64,000 bases of DNA from Myxococcota bacterium (GTDB lineage Bacteria; Myxococcota_A; UBA9160; UBA6930), in assembly GCA_965223705.1 (NCBI GenBank), contig OZ245015.1, forward strand, positions 1,472,001-1,536,000, given 5' to 3'. Below, in pieces: positions 1-16,533 of the stretch (its first letter is position 1; each line of letters starts with the position of its first letter). Position numbers and translations under genes: made by a program. Below the pieces are notes generated by a model. The model was given only the letters and a program-made list of their open reading frames with translations, was not told the DNA's origin and did no database searches.

Positions 1-2
1 AT

Positions 3-557
3 GGCGCCCACGAACACCCGACCCAGGCGCTACTCGATTTGCTGACGGTTCTCGAGGAGAAGGGCCGACTCGACGGGCTGACCGTCACGATCGTGGGAGA
101 CATCGTGCACTCTCGCGTCGCCCGATCGAACATCAGCGCTTTTCAAAAGATGGGAGCAGAAGTTCGGCTCGTCGCGCCGCCGACCATGCTCCCCGCGGAT
201 GTCGCGAGCCTCGGCGCGAAAACCACGGACTCACTCCGCGAGGCGCTCGACGGCGCGGACGTCGTGATGGCGCTGCGGATTCAGAACGAGCGACTCGAGG
301 GAGCGTTCGTCCCGAGCATCCGCGAGTATGCGGCGACCTTCGGAATCGACCGGGAAAAGCTGCGACACGCGAAGGACGACGCCATCGTGATGCATCCCGG
401 ACCGGTCAACCGCGGCGTCGAATTGGCCCACGACTTGGCTGACCGTCGGCCTGGGGTCGTTCTCAATCAAGTGCGCAACGGCGTCGCGCTTCGCATGGCC
501 GTGCTCTACATGGTGGCCGGACGCGCTCCCGCCACCCCCTCGGAGTCTTCCTCGTGA
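3..557 (+). CDS. pyrB: Aspartate carbamoyltransferase catalytic subunit (5'-truncated by window edge)
   Basis: Frame from nt 3 reads GAHEHPTQALLD; also GDIVHSRVARS and MHPGPVNRGVE; directly upstream of pyrC-carAB. Confidence 0.97.
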   Translation, partial: GAHEHPTQALLDLLTVLEEKGRLDGLTVTIVGDIVHSRVARSNISAFQKMGAEVRLVAPPTMLPADVASLGAKTTDSLREALDGADVVMALRIQNERLEGAFVPSIREYAATFGIDREKLRHAKDDAIVMHPGPVNRGVELAHDLADRRPGVVLNQVRNGVALRMAVLYMVAGRAPATPSESSS

Positions 558-1849
558 GCCGAATTCTCCTACACGGCGGTCGCGTGCTGGATCCCGGTTC
601 CGACCGCGACGAGGTCCTCGATGTCTTGATCGAAGACGGCCAGGTCGCCGAAGTGGGACCCGACCTTCGGGCCGCGGACTCGGAGCGCATCGATGCGACG
701 GGGCTGTGGGTGACGCCCGGCTTCGTCGACCTGCACACGCACTTGCGAGAGCCCGGGCAGGAATACAAGGAAGACATCGCATCGGGTGCGCGCGCGGCGG
801 CGGCCGGCGGTTTCACCACGATCGCATGCATGGCGAATACCCTGCCCGTGAACGACGACCCGTCGGTCACGGATTTCATCCTCGACCGGGCGCGTCACGA
901 CGCTCCCGTACATGTCCTGCCTATCGCCGCGGCGACGAAAGGTCTCGCCGGGGAGACGATGACCGAAATGGACGCCCTCGTGCGTTCGGGTGCCGTGGCC
1001 TTCAGTGACGACGGCAAGACGGTGATGAACGGTGGCACCATGCGCCGCGTACTCGAATACTCGAAGCTGGTCTCGAAGCCGATCATCGTCCATGCCGAGG
1101 ACCGAACCCTCGTCGGAGACGGCGTCATCAACGAAGGCGCGGTTTCGACGCGGCTGGGCTTGCCCGGCAACCCGTCGGTGGCCGAAGTATCGCTCGTTGC
1201 CCGAGATCTCATGTTGGCGGAGATCACCGGAGCGCATTTGCACGTCGCTCACGTTTCGACCGCGGGGGCCGTCGAGCTGATCCGCGAAGCGCGTGCACGC
1301 GGTGTCCACGTGACGAGTGAAGTCACTCCGCATCACCTCATGCTCACCGATGAAGCCAGCCTCGGTTACGACACGAACACGAAGGTGGCGCCGCCGCTCC
1401 GCGGAGCGGCCGACCGCGACGCCCTGCGGATCGCTTTGGCGGAAGGCATCATCGACGCCATCGCAACGGACCACGCGCCGCATGCGGAGCACGAGAAGGA
1501 GAGCGACTTCCGAAGTGCTCCGCCCGGAATGATCGGACTGGAAACGGCTTTCTCCGTGGTGAGCGAACTCGTTCGCTCGGGAACGCTTTCGCCGCTCGAT
1601 CTCGTGCGCCGCCTCTCGACCGAGCCGGCCCGGGTGCTGGGCCTGGCCGCCGGGAAGCTCGCCCTGGGAGAGCCGGCCGACATCACGGTCATCGATCCGG
1701 AAGTCTCGTGGACCTACGACCCGGCGAAGGGCTATTCGAAGAGCCGCAACTCGCCGTGGGCCGGAGAGACGCTGCGAGGTCGGGTCTGCAAGACAATCGT
1801 CGCAGGTCAATGCATCTATGACGCAGAGCGGGGAGTGCTTTACCCATGA
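554..1849 (+). CDS. pyrC: Dihydroorotase (type I, multifunctional-complex type)
   Basis: [29 protein letters not shown] motifs; GTGA overlap with pyrB. Confidence 0.96.
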   Translation: MSRILLHGGRVLDPGSDRDEVLDVLIEDGQVAEVGPDLRAADSERIDATGLWVTPGFVDLHTHLREPGQEYKEDIASGARAAAAGGFTTIACMANTLPVNDDPSVTDFILDRARHDAPVHVLPIAAATKGLAGETMTEMDALVRSGAVAFSDDGKTVMNGGTMRRVLEYSKLVSKPIIVHAEDRTLVGDGVINEGAVSTRLGLPGNPSVAEVSLVARDLMLAEITGAHLHVAHVSTAGAVELIREARARGVHVTSEVTPHHLMLTDEASLGYDTNTKVAPPLRGAADRDALRIALAEGIIDAIATDHAPHAEHEKESDFRSAPPGMIGLETAFSVVSELVRSGTLSPLDLVRRLSTEPARVLGLAAGKLALGEPADITVIDPEVSWTYDPAKGYSKSRNSPWAGETLRGRVCKTIVAGQCIYDAERGVLYP

Positions 1850-3047
1850 GCGGATTCGCTGAGCGGAAACCGGCGAAACTCGCCCTCGCGGATGGCACCG
1901 TCTTTCGCGGCACCGCCTTCGGAGCATCAGCGACGCAAGTCGGAGAAGTTTGCTTCAACACGAGCATGACGGGATACCAAGAGATCGTCACCGATCCGTC
2001 CTACGCGGAGCAGATCGTGACGATGACGTACACGCAAATCGGCAACGTGGGCGTGAATGCGCTCGATTGCGAGGCCGCGTTGGCTCACCTCAACGGATTC
2101 GTCGTGAAAGAGCTCTGTCACGAGCCGTCCAACTGGAGGGCGGAAGGCACGCTCGACGACTTCTTGCGCGAGGCCGGTGTCCCCGGAATCGAAGGCCTGG
2201 ACACCCGAGCGCTCGTGCGCAGGATCCGCGACGGCGGTTTCCAGATGGGCGTGCTCTCGACAGCCCCGGACGCCCAGAACGAAGACGAGCTCGTTCGGTT
2301 GGCTCAGGCGGCATCTCCCCTCGACGGACGCGATCTCGTGGCGGGCGTGACATGCGCCGCGCCGTACAACTTCGACGCCGGGTTGTGGAAAGGCGTCGAG
2401 GGCGAGCTCCCGCGCCAACCGCGTCCCGACAAACGTCTGCGTTGTGTCGCGTTCGACTTCGGTGTGAAGCGCAACATTCTGCGACTCCTGGTCGAGCACG
2501 GTTTCGAGGTGGTCGTGGTTCCCGCACAGACGTCCGCAGAGGCGGTGGACGCGATGCACCCCGACGCCGTTTTCTTCTCGAACGGGCCCGGAGACCCCGC
2601 CGCCGTGGCCGGTGTGCGCGACAACGTCCGCGAGCTCGCTTCCCGCTACCCGACCTTCGGAATTTGCCTGGGGCACCAGATCTTGGGCTTGGCGCTCGGC
2701 GGGGCGACCCAGAAGCTCAAGTTCGGCCACCACGGCGGCAACCAACCCGGCCAAGACGTCGCGACGAAACGGGTCGCGATCTGCGCGGAAAACCACGGTT
2801 ACGCGGTCGATCCATCGTCCCTGACGAACGCGGGAGTCCCCGTGGTCGTCACCCACGAGAACTTGAACGACGGCGTCGTCGAAGGGCTCGCCCACCGCGA
2901 GAAACCGGTCTTCTCGGTCCAGTACCACCCCGAAGCTTCGCCCGGGCCCCACGACGCCTCGTATTTCTTTCAGCGCTTCCGGGAGATGACCGAACGCCAC
3001 CGAGCCGGCGAGTCGGTGACCGGCGCCCAAATCGCGGGGATCGCCTA

Positions 3048-3048
<1 letters not shown>
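1846..3048 (+). CDS. carA: Carbamoyl-phosphate synthase small subunit
   Basis: [37 protein letters not shown]. Confidence 0.98.
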
Positions 3049-6266
<3,218 letters not shown>

Positions 6267-6269
6267 GGC

Positions 6270-8642
6270 GTGACGGCTCCGAGCCCCTTTCGCCGCGGCC
6301 TCGACGCGCTCCTCCGTCCGCTCGCCTTTGCGTCGCGCGACCTGAGCCACCCTGGAAAGATCCAGAACTTCCGAGAGAACGTGCAGCTGCAAGCGCGGCG
6401 CACCGCCGATCTCGCGATCCCCGAAGACGTTCGCAAACGCCTTCGGGCACTCGCGGCGAGCTTCGACGAAGCCGTCGGAGAGCCCGAGATCGCGCGCGCC
6501 GAAGCGCTGGTCCTCGAGCTGATCGCGCCGGAGTTTTCCGAGGCAGCGCTCGCGCGACCTCTGGCTTCACTTCGTGGGCTAGGCAATAAGCGCTCGGAAT
6601 TGCTCGCGAAACGAGATCTGCGCACCGTGGAGGATCTGCTCTTCCTGTTGCCGCAGCGATACGACGATCGACGCCAGCGGGTCACGGTCGGCCAGCTCGA
6701 GGTCGGTCAGCGAGCGACCTTCGAGGCGACCGTCTTGGTCTCCGGAGAGGCTTCCCATCGCGGTCGCCGCGGGCAACGGCTCATCGAAGCGGTGGTGGGC
6801 GACGACTCGGGCACGGTGAACCTCAAATGGTTCCGCGGCTTCGACTCCCTGCTGCGCACGCTCCGCAAGGGCACCCGACTCCAAGTGACCGGCGACGTCA
6901 AGCGGTACCGCTTCTCGAAGGAAATCGTCCATCCGGAGATCGCCGTCGTCGGGGAGGAAACCTCGGATGCCGGCGACGCGATCCTCGCCGAGTACCCCGC
7001 GATCCAGGGAATCCCGCCCCGCAGTCTCCGCGACGCGATTCGCACCGCGCTCGCTCAATACGCCGATCTGTTTCCGACCTACGCGCCCTCGGGCGACGGC
7101 GACACGGCCTTGCCGGACGTTCCCAATGCGCTGCGCGCTCTCCACGAACCGCAGGGTGACGCCGACGTCGAAGCCCTCCGTCAGCACGGTCACGTCGCGC
7201 ACCAGCGATTGGTGCTCGAGGAGCTCTACCTCCTCGAGGTGGGCCTCGCCCTGAGGCAGCGCGGCGGCGATCGCATCCCTGCGACCCCCGTCGTCCCGAA
7301 GGGGGGGCGCGTCGATCGCGCGCGAGAGAGTTTGCCGTTCGCGCTCACCGGTGCTCAGGACAGGGCATGGCGCGAAATTCGCGAGGATCTCGCCCGCAGC
7401 AGGCCGATGCACCGGCTCCTCCAGGGCGACGTCGGCAGTGGCAAGACGGCGGTGGCCTACTTGGCCGCGTTGGCCACCGCTACGGCGGGCCATCAAACCG
7501 CACTCATGGCGCCCACCGAGCTACTCGCCGAACAACACGCTCGCACCCTCGAGAAGCTCGCGGCAAACGATCCGAGCGTCGGCCTCCGGTTGGCGCTGCT
7601 GACGGCCTCTCGCGGAAAAAGCGCCGCGGCCGAGATCCGGGAAGGCCTGGCGGCGGGCGAAATCGAATGCGTGGTGGGGACGCAAGCGCTCCTCGAGCCC
7701 GGCGTTCGCTTCCGGTCCCTCGCTCTGGCGGTGGTCGACGAACAACATCGCTTCGGTGTGAAGCAGCGGGCCGCGCTTGCTGCGAAGTGTCCCGGCGAAA
7801 AAATGCCGCACACCCTGGTGATGACCGCGACCCCGATTCCACGCACGTTGTCCCTCACCCTCTACGGGGACCTCGACATTTCGGTCATCGACGAGCTGCC
7901 CCCGGGACGCGCGCCGGTCGAGACCCACCTGCTGCGGAGCGGCGAGGGGCCGCGGGTGATGGAACACATCCGGGAGACCCTCGCGCGAGGCGAGCAGGTC
8001 TACGTGGTCTATCCCTTGGTCGAAGAGTCGGAAGCCATCGATCTGCGTTCGGCGACCGAGCAGGCGGAACGGATCGCGCGCGCGCTTCCCGAGGAGCGGG
8101 TCGCGCTGGTCCACGGCCGCCAGGACCCCGCACTTCGCAGCGAGACCATGGCCGCTTTCGAGGCCGGCGAAGTCTCGATCCTGGTGTCGACGACGGTCGT
8201 CGAGGTCGGGGTCGACGTGCCGGGAGCCACGCTGATGGTGATCGAGCACGCAGAGCGCTTTGGTCTCGCGCAGTTACACCAGCTTCGCGGACGTGTCGGG
8301 CGAGGTTCGCGGCCGGGCACGTGCCTGCTGATCGCCCGGGGCTCCACCGAAGACAGTGAGGCGCGACTCCGGGCCCTCCTCACGACAACCGACGGTTTCG
8401 ACATCGCGGACGCCGATCTACGCATCCGCGGTCCCGGTGAGTTCTTGGGTACGCGCCAGCATGGCCACTTGCCCGCACTTCGGATGGCCGATCTCCTGCG
8501 CGACACGCGGCTCCTCGCCGAGGCGCGCCGGCTCGCCTTCGAAGCGGTCGCGAAGGATCCGGAGTTGACCGAGCGCCCGGGGCTCGCCCGGGCGGTGGAG
8601 AGGCGTTGGGGTGAGCGACTCGCCCTCGCAGACGTCGGATGA
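6270..8642 (+). CDS. recG: ATP-dependent DNA helicase RecG
   Basis: LLQGDVGSGKT, VVDEQHRFGV, MTATPIPRTL, QLHQLRGRVGRG, DLRIRGPGEFLGTRQHG. Confidence 0.97.
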   Translation: MTAPSPFRRGLDALLRPLAFASRDLSHPGKIQNFRENVQLQARRTADLAIPEDVRKRLRALAASFDEAVGEPEIARAEALVLELIAPEFSEAALARPLASLRGLGNKRSELLAKRDLRTVEDLLFLLPQRYDDRRQRVTVGQLEVGQRATFEATVLVSGEASHRGRRGQRLIEAVVGDDSGTVNLKWFRGFDSLLRTLRKGTRLQVTGDVKRYRFSKEIVHPEIAVVGEETSDAGDAILAEYPAIQGIPPRSLRDAIRTALAQYADLFPTYAPSGDGDTALPDVPNALRALHEPQGDADVEALRQHGHVAHQRLVLEELYLLEVGLALRQRGGDRIPATPVVPKGGRVDRARESLPFALTGAQDRAWREIREDLARSRPMHRLLQGDVGSGKTAVAYLAALATATAGHQTALMAPTELLAEQHARTLEKLAANDPSVGLRLALLTASRGKSAAAEIREGLAAGEIECVVGTQALLEPGVRFRSLALAVVDEQHRFGVKQRAALAAKCPGEKMPHTLVMTATPIPRTLSLTLYGDLDISVIDELPPGRAPVETHLLRSGEGPRVMEHIRETLARGEQVYVVYPLVEESEAIDLRSATEQAERIARALPEERVALVHGRQDPALRSETMAAFEAGEVSILVSTTVVEVGVDVPGATLMVIEHAERFGLAQLHQLRGRVGRGSRPGTCLLIARGSTEDSEARLRALLTTTDGFDIADADLRIRGPGEFLGTRQHGHLPALRMADLLRDTRLLAEARRLAFEAVAKDPELTERPGLARAVERRWGERLALADVG

Positions 8643-8653
8643 CCGCGCTCGGC

Positions 8654-10183
8654 CTAGAGGACGGCCTCGATGAGATGGGGGCCGGGCTCGCTCAGCGCTA
8701 CCAGGATTTCGCGGTGGAGCTCCTCGGCTCGCGTCACACGTGTCGCCGGGACACCCATGCCGGCGGCAAACTGCGTCCAGTCGAGATCGGGCTGACCCAA
8801 ATCCGTTAGCGCGGACGCCTTCTCTTCCGGCTTCTTCACGCCTACGCGCGCGAGCTCGATCCGCAGGATCCGGTAGCTCCGGTTGGAGCAGATGATGGTC
8901 GTCACATCGAGCCCTTCGCGCGCCTGGGTCCACAGGGCTTGCAGGGTGTACATCCCGCTGCCGTCCGCCTGGAGGTTGATCACCGGGCGGTCGGGGCATG
9001 CGATCGCAGCGCCGGTCGCGCAGGGCATTCCCTGGCCGATCGCCCCTCCGGTGAGCTGTAAGACCGAGTGCGCCGGCGCGCGGTGGGCGAGTTCGGTGTA
9101 GGGACCTCCGGACGTCGCCGATTCGTCGACCACAATCGCGCCCTCGGGTTGTGCGGCGCAGAGCGCCGCCGCCAAGGATTCGGCGTCGAGTGGACCGTTC
9201 GGGACCCCGGGGAGCGGCGCCGCAGGGGCTCGCGCCACGTTTGGAAAGTCCGCAGCCAGCTCTTCGAGAACCGCGACGCTGTCCTCCGAGACGCCGGACA
9301 CCGGGCACACCTGGGTCTCTTCGGGAACCAGCGAACTCGGAACTCCCGGATACCCGAAGAAGGCGACGGGCTCGCGCGCACCGAACAGCAGCAGCTCGCG
9401 GACCGGCGCGAGCATCGCGAGGGCGGGCTCCGGGAAGTACGGGAGTCGCGTCGCTCTCGCGTGTGCTCCGCCGCGTTCAGCGCGCGCCACAAAGGTCTCG
9501 GCGATGAGCTCCGAGCCGGTCGCGGCGGCGATCCGCCCGGCGGCGGCGAGACCTTCCTCGGTCAGCGCGTTGGCCCCGAGGAGAAGTGCGCAAGGACCGC
9601 CTTTGAGGGCGGCCCGGGCCGCGGCGACGCGATCCTGTGGGACCGCCGTCGCCCCGTCGGCGGCGAGCGGGTCACAGGGCTCGCCCGGCCCGTCCTGCGC
9701 GTCTGTCGGCAGGACGAGGGTCGCGACCCGGCCCGGCGCGGAACCGGCCGCGGCGATGGCTCGGGCGGTATCCGCCGGGGCCGCGTCGGAGTGCGTTGTG
9801 TGGTGAAACCAGGGGGAGACCGGACGCGCCAAGCTCTCGATGTCCGAGGTGAGCGGCGCGTCGGCGTGGAGGTGCCAGCTCGCGTGGTCGCCGATGAGAT
9901 TCACGATCGGCGTGTGCGCGCGCCGGGCGTTGTGCAGATTCGCCAGCCCGTTCGCTAAGCCGGGGCCCAAATGGAGAAGGGTCAGGGCAGGCGTGCGACG
10001 CATGCGGCCGTACCCGTCCGCCGCGCCGGTGCAGACCCCTTCGAACAGGCCCAGCACGGCGCGCATCTCCGGCACGCGGTCGAGCGCCCGGACCAGCGCC
10101 ATCTCGGTGGTCCCGGGGTTCGCGAAGCACACGTCCACGCCCGCCCGGACGGCGGTTCGGAGTAGGGCTTCGGCGGCTTCCAT
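8654..10183 (-). CDS. Acetolactate synthase large-subunit-like TPP-dependent enzyme
   Basis: [40 protein letters not shown] motif; ATG at 10183 preceded by AAGGAG. Confidence 0.88.
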   Translation of the reverse strand: MEAAEALLRTAVRAGVDVCFANPGTTEMALVRALDRVPEMRAVLGLFEGVCTGAADGYGRMRRTPALTLLHLGPGLANGLANLHNARRAHTPIVNLIGDHASWHLHADAPLTSDIESLARPVSPWFHHTTHSDAAPADTARAIAAAGSAPGRVATLVLPTDAQDGPGEPCDPLAADGATAVPQDRVAAARAALKGGPCALLLGANALTEEGLAAAGRIAAATGSELIAETFVARAERGGAHARATRLPYFPEPALAMLAPVRELLLFGAREPVAFFGYPGVPSSLVPEETQVCPVSGVSEDSVAVLEELAADFPNVARAPAAPLPGVPNGPLDAESLAAALCAAQPEGAIVVDESATSGGPYTELAHRAPAHSVLQLTGGAIGQGMPCATGAAIACPDRPVINLQADGSGMYTLQALWTQAREGLDVTTIICSNRSYRILRIELARVGVKKPEEKASALTDLGQPDLDWTQFAAGMGVPATRVTRAEELHREILVALSEPGPHLIEAVL

Positions 10184-10421
10184 CGTGACTCCTTGTCGGT
10201 TCCCAGGGGGAAGATACCCCAGTCGCGGCGTCAAGCGGCCCGGATTCCGTCGCAAAAACCGCACTTTGGTCTGGATTAATGCGGCCCTTCCATTTACTGT
10301 CGCCCGACCGGATCACCGCGCGCCGATCGGCGGCGCCTGTCCGTGCCGGAATACCCAATACGCGACCAAAGACGCTCCGGGCATTGCTCAGAGAGACGGG
10401 AGCGTTCGCGGGAGGGCCCAG

Positions 10422-12467
10422 ATGCCGACCACTGAGATCGCTTTTGCCGCGAGCATCCTCGCCATTGTTGTGGGGATCGTGCTCTACAAGAGGGTGCTGT
10501 CCGCGCCGACCTCGACCGACCGGGCGAATGACATCGCCTCGGCGATCGCCGTGGGAGCCCAGGCGTTCTTGAGCCGTCAATACCGGACGGTGGGGATGGT
10601 GGGCTTGCCGATCGGGATACTCATCGGCTTCATCCCGTCCCTCGGTTGGTGGTACGCCGGCGGCTTCTTTCTCGGCGCGATCGCCAGCGCCGCGGCGGGT
10701 TTCATCGGCATGAACGTCTCCGTGCGCGCGAACTTGCGCGTAGCGCAAGCGGCCAGCAACGGCTTCGGGCCCGCTTTCTCCCTCGCGTTTCAGGGCGGGG
10801 CGGTAACGGGCCTCATGGTGGTGGGGGCGGGCCTGTTGTCGCTCGCGCTCGTCGTCTTCGCGATGCACCAGGCCGGGTATCACCAGCCCGATGCGCTGAT
10901 CGGCTTGGCTTTCGGCGGCTCGCTGATCTCCGTCTTTGCGCGCCTCGGCGGCGGGATCTTCACGAAAGGCGCCGACGTCGGTGCCGACTTGGTCGGAAAA
11001 GTCGAAGCGAACATTCCCGAAGACGATCCCCGCAATCCGGCGGTGATTGCGGACAACGTCGGCGACAACGTCGGCGACTGCGCCGGAATGGCGGCGGACC
11101 TCTTCGAGACCTTCGGCGTGACGGCGGCCGCGGCGATGCTGATCGCGCACATCGTCTTCCCGGAAAACCAGACCATGTTCCTCTATCCCTTGGCGATCGG
11201 CGCTGCCGGCGTGATCGGATCCGTGGTGGCGCTCTTCGTGGTTCGCATCGGCGAGCCCGCGAAGGGCGAGTCGCCGGCCGTGATGCGCGCGATGTACCTG
11301 GGCCTCGGCTTGGCCACGCTCGTGATGTTGGGGCTGGTCTGGGTGATGACGGGCATGATCTCGATTCCGTCGGTCGACGCGCACGGCACCGCCATCACGG
11401 CCCGAAGCCTCTGGATTTGCGCCGCTGCGGGCGGGGTCGTGACCGGCGTCATGATGTGGATCACGGACGTCTACACCGGCGACGGTTCGTCCTTCGTGAA
11501 ACGCATCGCCTCGGCGAGCGAAGGCGGACACGCGACGAACATCATCAGCGGCCTCGCCGTGGGCATGCAGGCGACGGTGGTGCCGGTGGTCGTGATCGTC
11601 GCTGCGATCGTCTTGTGCTCGAACTTGGCCGGTCTCTACGGCGTCGGGGTCGCGGCGATGAGCATGCTGTCCCTCGCCGGGATCGTGGTGGCGATCGACG
11701 CCTACGGCCCGATCACGGACAATGCCGGCGGTATCGCCGAGATGGCCGAGCTCGGAGACGCGGTCCGCGACGTCACCGATCCCCTCGATGCATTCGGCAA
11801 CACGACGAAAGCCGTCACGAAGGGTTATGCGATCGCATCGGCGGGGCTCGCTGCGGTGGTTCTCTTCGCGACCTACATCGAAGACCTGAAGCGCCTCGGG
11901 GGTATCGAGACGTCCTTCGACCTGGCGAGCGTCCCGGTCCTCGGGGGCCTCTTCATCGGCGCGATGATTCCGTTCGTGTTCGCGTCCCTCGCCATGAACG
12001 CCGTCGCGGTGGCGGGGCAGCGCGTTGTCGACGAGGTGCGCCGCCAATTCCGCGAGATCGAAGGCATCATGGAGGGTACGGGGAAGCCCGACTACCGCAC
12101 CTGCGTCGACATCGTGACGAGCGAGGCGCTGCGCTTGATGGTCGCCCCGGCGCTCATCCCGGCGCTGATTCCGATCGTCGTGGGCTTCGCCCTGGGGGCG
12201 CAGGCCTTGGGGGGCCTCCTCATCGGGTCGATCGTCGCGGGCGTTTGCGTCGCCTTGTCGATGACGACCGGCGGCGCAGCCTGGGACAACGCGAAGAAGT
12301 ACATCGAGACCGGCGCGCACGGGGGCAAGGGCTCCGAGGCCCACAAAGCCTCGGTCACCGGCGACACCGTCGGCGACCCCTACAAGGACACCGCAGGACC
12401 CGCGATCAACCCGATGCTCAAGCTGGTGAACATCGTGGCGCTCCTGGTGATTCCCTTCCTGTCGTAG
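10422..12467 (+). CDS. hppA: Membrane-bound H+-translocating pyrophosphatase, K+-independent type
   Basis: [37 protein letters not shown] carries the Lys diagnostic of K+ independence; ATG after GGAGG. Confidence 0.95.
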   Translation: MPTTEIAFAASILAIVVGIVLYKRVLSAPTSTDRANDIASAIAVGAQAFLSRQYRTVGMVGLPIGILIGFIPSLGWWYAGGFFLGAIASAAAGFIGMNVSVRANLRVAQAASNGFGPAFSLAFQGGAVTGLMVVGAGLLSLALVVFAMHQAGYHQPDALIGLAFGGSLISVFARLGGGIFTKGADVGADLVGKVEANIPEDDPRNPAVIADNVGDNVGDCAGMAADLFETFGVTAAAAMLIAHIVFPENQTMFLYPLAIGAAGVIGSVVALFVVRIGEPAKGESPAVMRAMYLGLGLATLVMLGLVWVMTGMISIPSVDAHGTAITARSLWICAAAGGVVTGVMMWITDVYTGDGSSFVKRIASASEGGHATNIISGLAVGMQATVVPVVVIVAAIVLCSNLAGLYGVGVAAMSMLSLAGIVVAIDAYGPITDNAGGIAEMAELGDAVRDVTDPLDAFGNTTKAVTKGYAIASAGLAAVVLFATYIEDLKRLGGIETSFDLASVPVLGGLFIGAMIPFVFASLAMNAVAVAGQRVVDEVRRQFREIEGIMEGTGKPDYRTCVDIVTSEALRLMVAPALIPALIPIVVGFALGAQALGGLLIGSIVAGVCVALSMTTGGAAWDNAKKYIETGAHGGKGSEAHKASVTGDTVGDPYKDTAGPAINPMLKLVNIVALLVIPFLS

Positions 12468-12475
12468 GAGCACGC

Positions 12476-12502
12476 ACGGGAAGGGGCTCCGCGCCTTCCC
12501 GT
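12476..12502 (+). terminator. Stem-loop after hppA (possible terminator or stability hairpin)
   Basis: ACGGGAAGG / CCTTCCCGT 9-bp inverted repeat; no U-tract. Confidence 0.35.
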
Positions 12503-12649
12503 CCGAATGGTCTCGGTAGACTACCGGCTCCTTGCCGGCGGTCCGGCCGTCCCATACCGTCGCCTATTCGAGTTTTGCCTCGCTTGAGACCTCGGCTGAG
12601 AAGGCCGATAAGGGCAAAGGCTGAGCCCAATTGCCCCAACAGAGAGCCA

Positions 12650-13858
12650 ATGACGGGTCCGATTCGCCACGATTTCTCAAAACTCCGTCGCCTCCCTCCA
12701 TACGTTTTGGCGGAGGTGACCGCACTTCGGCACGCCGCCCGGCGAGCCGGCGAGGACGTGGTCGATCTGGGGATGGGGAACCCCGACCTCCCGACGCCGC
12801 CGCACGTCGTGGAGAAGATCTGCGAAGCCGCCCGCAATGATCGGAACCACCGCTATTCCTCTTCGCGCGGCGTTCCGAACCTCCGCGCCGCGGCTTGCGA
12901 GTGGTATGAGCGTCGCCACGGTGTGACTCTCGATCCCGAAACGGAAGCCATCGCGGTGATCGGCGCGAAGGAGGGGCTCTCGCATTTCGTTCTCGTCACG
13001 ACGGGCCCCGGCGATGTCGTCCTCGCGCCGGATCCGACGTACCCCATCCATCAGTACTCGGTGATCATCGCCGGCGGCGACTTGCGCCACGTACCGCTCA
13101 CACCGGATTCCGACTTCATCGAGAACCTCGAGCTGGCATTGCAGCGGACGTGGCCAAAACCGAAGCTGCTCATCCTGTCGTTTCCGCATAATCCGACGAC
13201 GGTGACGGTGGATCGCCATTTCTTCGAACGCATCGTCGAGTTTGCCCGCGAACACCAGCTGATGGTCATCCACGATTTCGCCTACGCCGAGATCTGCTTC
13301 GATGGCTACCGACCGCCGAGTATTCTCGAGGTTCCCGGGGCGAAGGACGTCGCGATCGAGTTCATTTCGCTGTCGAAGAGTCACTCGATGGCGGGTTGGC
13401 GGGTCGGGTTTGCCTGCGGAAACCCGGAGATGATTCACGCGTTGACGCGCATCAAGAGCTACCTCGACTACGGGATCCCGCAGCCGATCCAAATCGGGGC
13501 GATCGTCGCACTGCGCGGTCCTCAAGACTGTGTCGAGGAGGCCGCCGCGGAATATCGCGAACGTCGGGACGTGCTCGTCGAAGGATTGGCCGCGGAAGGC
13601 CCGGGCCAGTGGAAAATGGAGAAGCCCCAGGCGACGATGTTTGTCTGGGCGCCGCTTCCCGAGCCGTTCACATCGATGGGGTCGCTCGAGTTCTCGAAAC
13701 GACTGCTCAAAGAAGCGAAAGTCGCCGTCGCTCCGGGCGTGGGCTTTGGCGCAAACGGCGAGGGCTACGTGCGGTTCGCGTTGGTGGAGAATCGTCATCG
13801 GATTCGGCAAGCGGCACGGGGGATCCGCCGCTTCCTGCGCGACTCGGAGGTTCGCTAG
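12650..13858 (+). CDS. Class I/II PLP aminotransferase (AlaC / LL-DAP aminotransferase family)
   Basis: [33 protein letters not shown]; position upstream of hom-thrC is typical of AlaC-like genes. Confidence 0.9.
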   Translation: MTGPIRHDFSKLRRLPPYVLAEVTALRHAARRAGEDVVDLGMGNPDLPTPPHVVEKICEAARNDRNHRYSSSRGVPNLRAAACEWYERRHGVTLDPETEAIAVIGAKEGLSHFVLVTTGPGDVVLAPDPTYPIHQYSVIIAGGDLRHVPLTPDSDFIENLELALQRTWPKPKLLILSFPHNPTTVTVDRHFFERIVEFAREHQLMVIHDFAYAEICFDGYRPPSILEVPGAKDVAIEFISLSKSHSMAGWRVGFACGNPEMIHALTRIKSYLDYGIPQPIQIGAIVALRGPQDCVEEAAAEYRERRDVLVEGLAAEGPGQWKMEKPQATMFVWAPLPEPFTSMGSLEFSKRLLKEAKVAVAPGVGFGANGEGYVRFALVENRHRIRQAARGIRRFLRDSEVR

Positions 13859-13860
13859 TC

Positions 13861-15180
13861 ATGGCGTCAGGCGTCGGGATCGGACTCATCGGCCTGGGGA
13901 CCGTGGGAGGCGGCGTCGTGAAAGTGCTGCAGCGCAACCGCGACGTGATCGCTTCGCGCTTGGGGTTTCCCCTCGAGCTTCGGCGCATCATCGATCGAAA
14001 CCCCGACCGTAAGCGGGATTTCGACCTGGGCGACGTTCGGATCGAAACCGATCCCGAGATCCTTATCCGGGATCCCGAAGTCTCCGTCATCATCGAGCTC
14101 ATCGGGGGCTACGACGCCGCGAAAGAATTGACCCTACGCGCGTTTCAAGCAGGCAAGCACGTGGTGACGGCGAACAAAGCCCTGCTCGCCGTACACGGCG
14201 AGGAGATATTCGCGGCCGCGCGTAAGCACAACGTCGACATCGCCTTCGAAGCGAGCGTCGGCGGCGGCATCCCCATCCTCCGGTCCATGCGCGAGGGACT
14301 GTCGGCGAACCGCATCGAGGGATTGTCCGGCATCATGAACGGCACGACGAACTACGTGCTGACCGAAATGGAGCGCACCGGAGAAGATTTTGCACCGGTC
14401 CTCGAGCGGGCTCAACAACTCGGTTACGCCGAAGCGGACCCGAGCTTCGACGTCGACGGCGTCGACGCTGCGCACAAGCTCACCTTGCTCGTCGCGATGG
14501 CGTTCGGCACGCAGCTCGCGTTCAAAGACATCCCGACCGAAGGGATTCGCGGACTGACACCGCTCGATTTCGATTCCGCCCGCGAATTCGGTTACCGGAT
14601 CAAGCTACTCGGCATCGCGAAGCGCAACCGCGGACCGCATGGCGAGCGCATCGAAGCGCGCGTGCACCCCACCATGATTCGCCAATCGAGTCTGCTCGCG
14701 AACGTCGACGGGGCGATGAACGCCATTGCGGTCGAAGGCGACGCCGTCGGTCCGACGCTCTACTACGGGGCCGGCGCCGGTGAGCTGCCGACCGCGAGCG
14801 CCGTAGTCGCCGATCTGATGGAGATCGCTCGGGAAATTCATCGCGGCACGGCAGGGCGCGTCGCTCCGTTGTCGTATCCGACCGAGGCGCTCCGCACCCA
14901 GGAGCTCGTCCCCCTGTCGGACATCCGCGGGCGAGCCTATCTCGTGTTTCAGGCGCAGGACCGGCCGGGCGTGCTGGCAAAAATTGCGGGTCTGTTGGGT
15001 GAGCAAGAGATCAGTCTCGAAAGTGTGGTCCAGCACGGCGGCAGCGGGCCGACGGTCCCCGTGGTTGTCTTGACGCACCCCGCGCGGGAAGGGGCTCTGC
15101 GCGAAGCGCTGGGGCGCATCGATCAGCTACCGGAAGTGGGCGAGCCCACGAGGATGATCCGCATCGACGAGGAGATCTGA
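13861..15180 (+). CDS. hom: Homoserine dehydrogenase with C-terminal ACT domain
   Basis: [48 protein letters not shown]. Confidence 0.96.
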   Translation: MASGVGIGLIGLGTVGGGVVKVLQRNRDVIASRLGFPLELRRIIDRNPDRKRDFDLGDVRIETDPEILIRDPEVSVIIELIGGYDAAKELTLRAFQAGKHVVTANKALLAVHGEEIFAAARKHNVDIAFEASVGGGIPILRSMREGLSANRIEGLSGIMNGTTNYVLTEMERTGEDFAPVLERAQQLGYAEADPSFDVDGVDAAHKLTLLVAMAFGTQLAFKDIPTEGIRGLTPLDFDSAREFGYRIKLLGIAKRNRGPHGERIEARVHPTMIRQSSLLANVDGAMNAIAVEGDAVGPTLYYGAGAGELPTASAVVADLMEIAREIHRGTAGRVAPLSYPTEALRTQELVPLSDIRGRAYLVFQAQDRPGVLAKIAGLLGEQEISLESVVQHGGSGPTVPVVVLTHPAREGALREALGRIDQLPEVGEPTRMIRIDEEI

Positions 15181-16532
15181 TGGCTGCGACCGCTACGCCG
15201 CACCGCGCGTGGTTCGAGAGCCTTCGCGATCCGAGCGAACGCTATGCACTCGACGAAGTCGTTTATACCGACTCGAGCGGGGGGCTCCTTCAGGTCGCTC
15301 ACGATATGGAGGCGTTGCGTAAGACGAGCGCGGAAACCTGGCGTCAACGCTTCGACGAGCGGGGACACCGCAACCGCTGGCCCTACGGTTCGGGGGTTTG
15401 GGGAAAGAAGGAGTGGGTCCTCCCCGAGATCGACAACGAGAACATCGTGTCGATGTACGAGGGGCACACGAATCTCTTCTGGGCGGAGCGCTACGGCGCT
15501 TCGCTCGGTCTCGAAGACTTGTGGCTCAAGCTCTGCGGCAATACGCACACCGGTTCGTTCAAAGATCTCGGCATGACGGTATTGGTCTCGATGGTGAGTG
15601 AAATGATCGCGCGCGGGAAGGAGATCCGCGCCGTTGCCTGCGCTTCGACGGGCGATACTTCGGCCGCGCTCTCCGCCTACGCCGCGGCGGCCGGGATTCC
15701 CGCGGTGGTCTTCTTGCCGCGCGACAAGATCTCGCTCGCTCAACTGATCCAGCCGGTGGCGAACGGCGCGATCGTGTTCGCCTTGGACACGGATTTTGAT
15801 GGCTGCATGGAAATCGTGAAGAAGGTCGCCGAGAAAGACGGCATCTACTTGGCGAACTCAATGAACAGTTTGCGGATCGAGGGGCAAAAGACCGTCGCGA
15901 TCGAGATCGTCCAGCAATTCGACTGGGATCCCCCCGATTGGATCGTCATTCCGGGAGGCAACCTCGGGAACGTATCGGCGCTCGCGAAGGGGCTCGATAT
16001 GATGATCGACCTGGGCCTCATCGAGAAGCGGCCTCGAATCGTGTGCGCTCAGGCCGAAAACGCGAATCCTCTCTATTTGGCGTACCAACGCGGTTTCGAG
16101 GTGTTCGAACCGATCTCCGCTCGACCGACGCTGGCATCGGCGATTCAAATCGGAAACCCGGTCTCGTACGAGAAAGCCGTCGATGCACTGCGCCGCTACG
16201 ACGGCATCGTCGAACAAGCCAGTGAAGTGGAACTCGCCGAAGCGAGCGCCGAGGCCGATCGCACGGGCTTGTTCAATTGCCCGCACACGGGAGTCGCGCT
16301 GGCCGCGATGAAGAAACTCGCCCTTGCGGGAACGATTCGACGCGGAGATCGGGTGGTGGTCATATCGACCGCTCACGGCCTCAAGTTCGTCGACGTCAAG
16401 GTGCGATACCACGAAATGAAACTCGAGGGTGTCGAGTCCGCGTTGCCGAATCCCGAGATCCCGCTTCCCGCGGACTACGCCGTGGTCCGAGATCGCATGC
16501 TGAAAGAGATCGAATTGCGGTTCGGGAGCTAG
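15180..16532 (+). CDS. thrC: Threonine synthase
   Basis: [11 protein letters not shown] (PLP lysine), [16 protein letters not shown]; follows hom. Confidence 0.95.
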   Translation: MAATATPHRAWFESLRDPSERYALDEVVYTDSSGGLLQVAHDMEALRKTSAETWRQRFDERGHRNRWPYGSGVWGKKEWVLPEIDNENIVSMYEGHTNLFWAERYGASLGLEDLWLKLCGNTHTGSFKDLGMTVLVSMVSEMIARGKEIRAVACASTGDTSAALSAYAAAAGIPAVVFLPRDKISLAQLIQPVANGAIVFALDTDFDGCMEIVKKVAEKDGIYLANSMNSLRIEGQKTVAIEIVQQFDWDPPDWIVIPGGNLGNVSALAKGLDMMIDLGLIEKRPRIVCAQAENANPLYLAYQRGFEVFEPISARPTLASAIQIGNPVSYEKAVDALRRYDGIVEQASEVELAEASAEADRTGLFNCPHTGVALAAMKKLALAGTIRRGDRVVVISTAHGLKFVDVKVRYHEMKLEGVESALPNPEIPLPADYAVVRDRMLKEIELRFGS

Positions 16533-16533
16533 C

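Noticed and set aside
1950..3047. N-terminal extension of CarB (1438-aa ORF)
   Set aside because: Alternative-frame read-through over carA; CarB homology begins at GTG 3048
9672..12473. 933-aa antisense ORF, and similar long antisense ORFs over pyrC, carB and the protease
   Set aside because: Typical stop-poor shadow frames of high-GC coding DNA, with no recognisable motifs
10646..12649. 1070-aa fusion ORF ending in the aminotransferase
   Set aside because: The upstream part is an Arg-rich shadow frame of hppA; the real start is 12650
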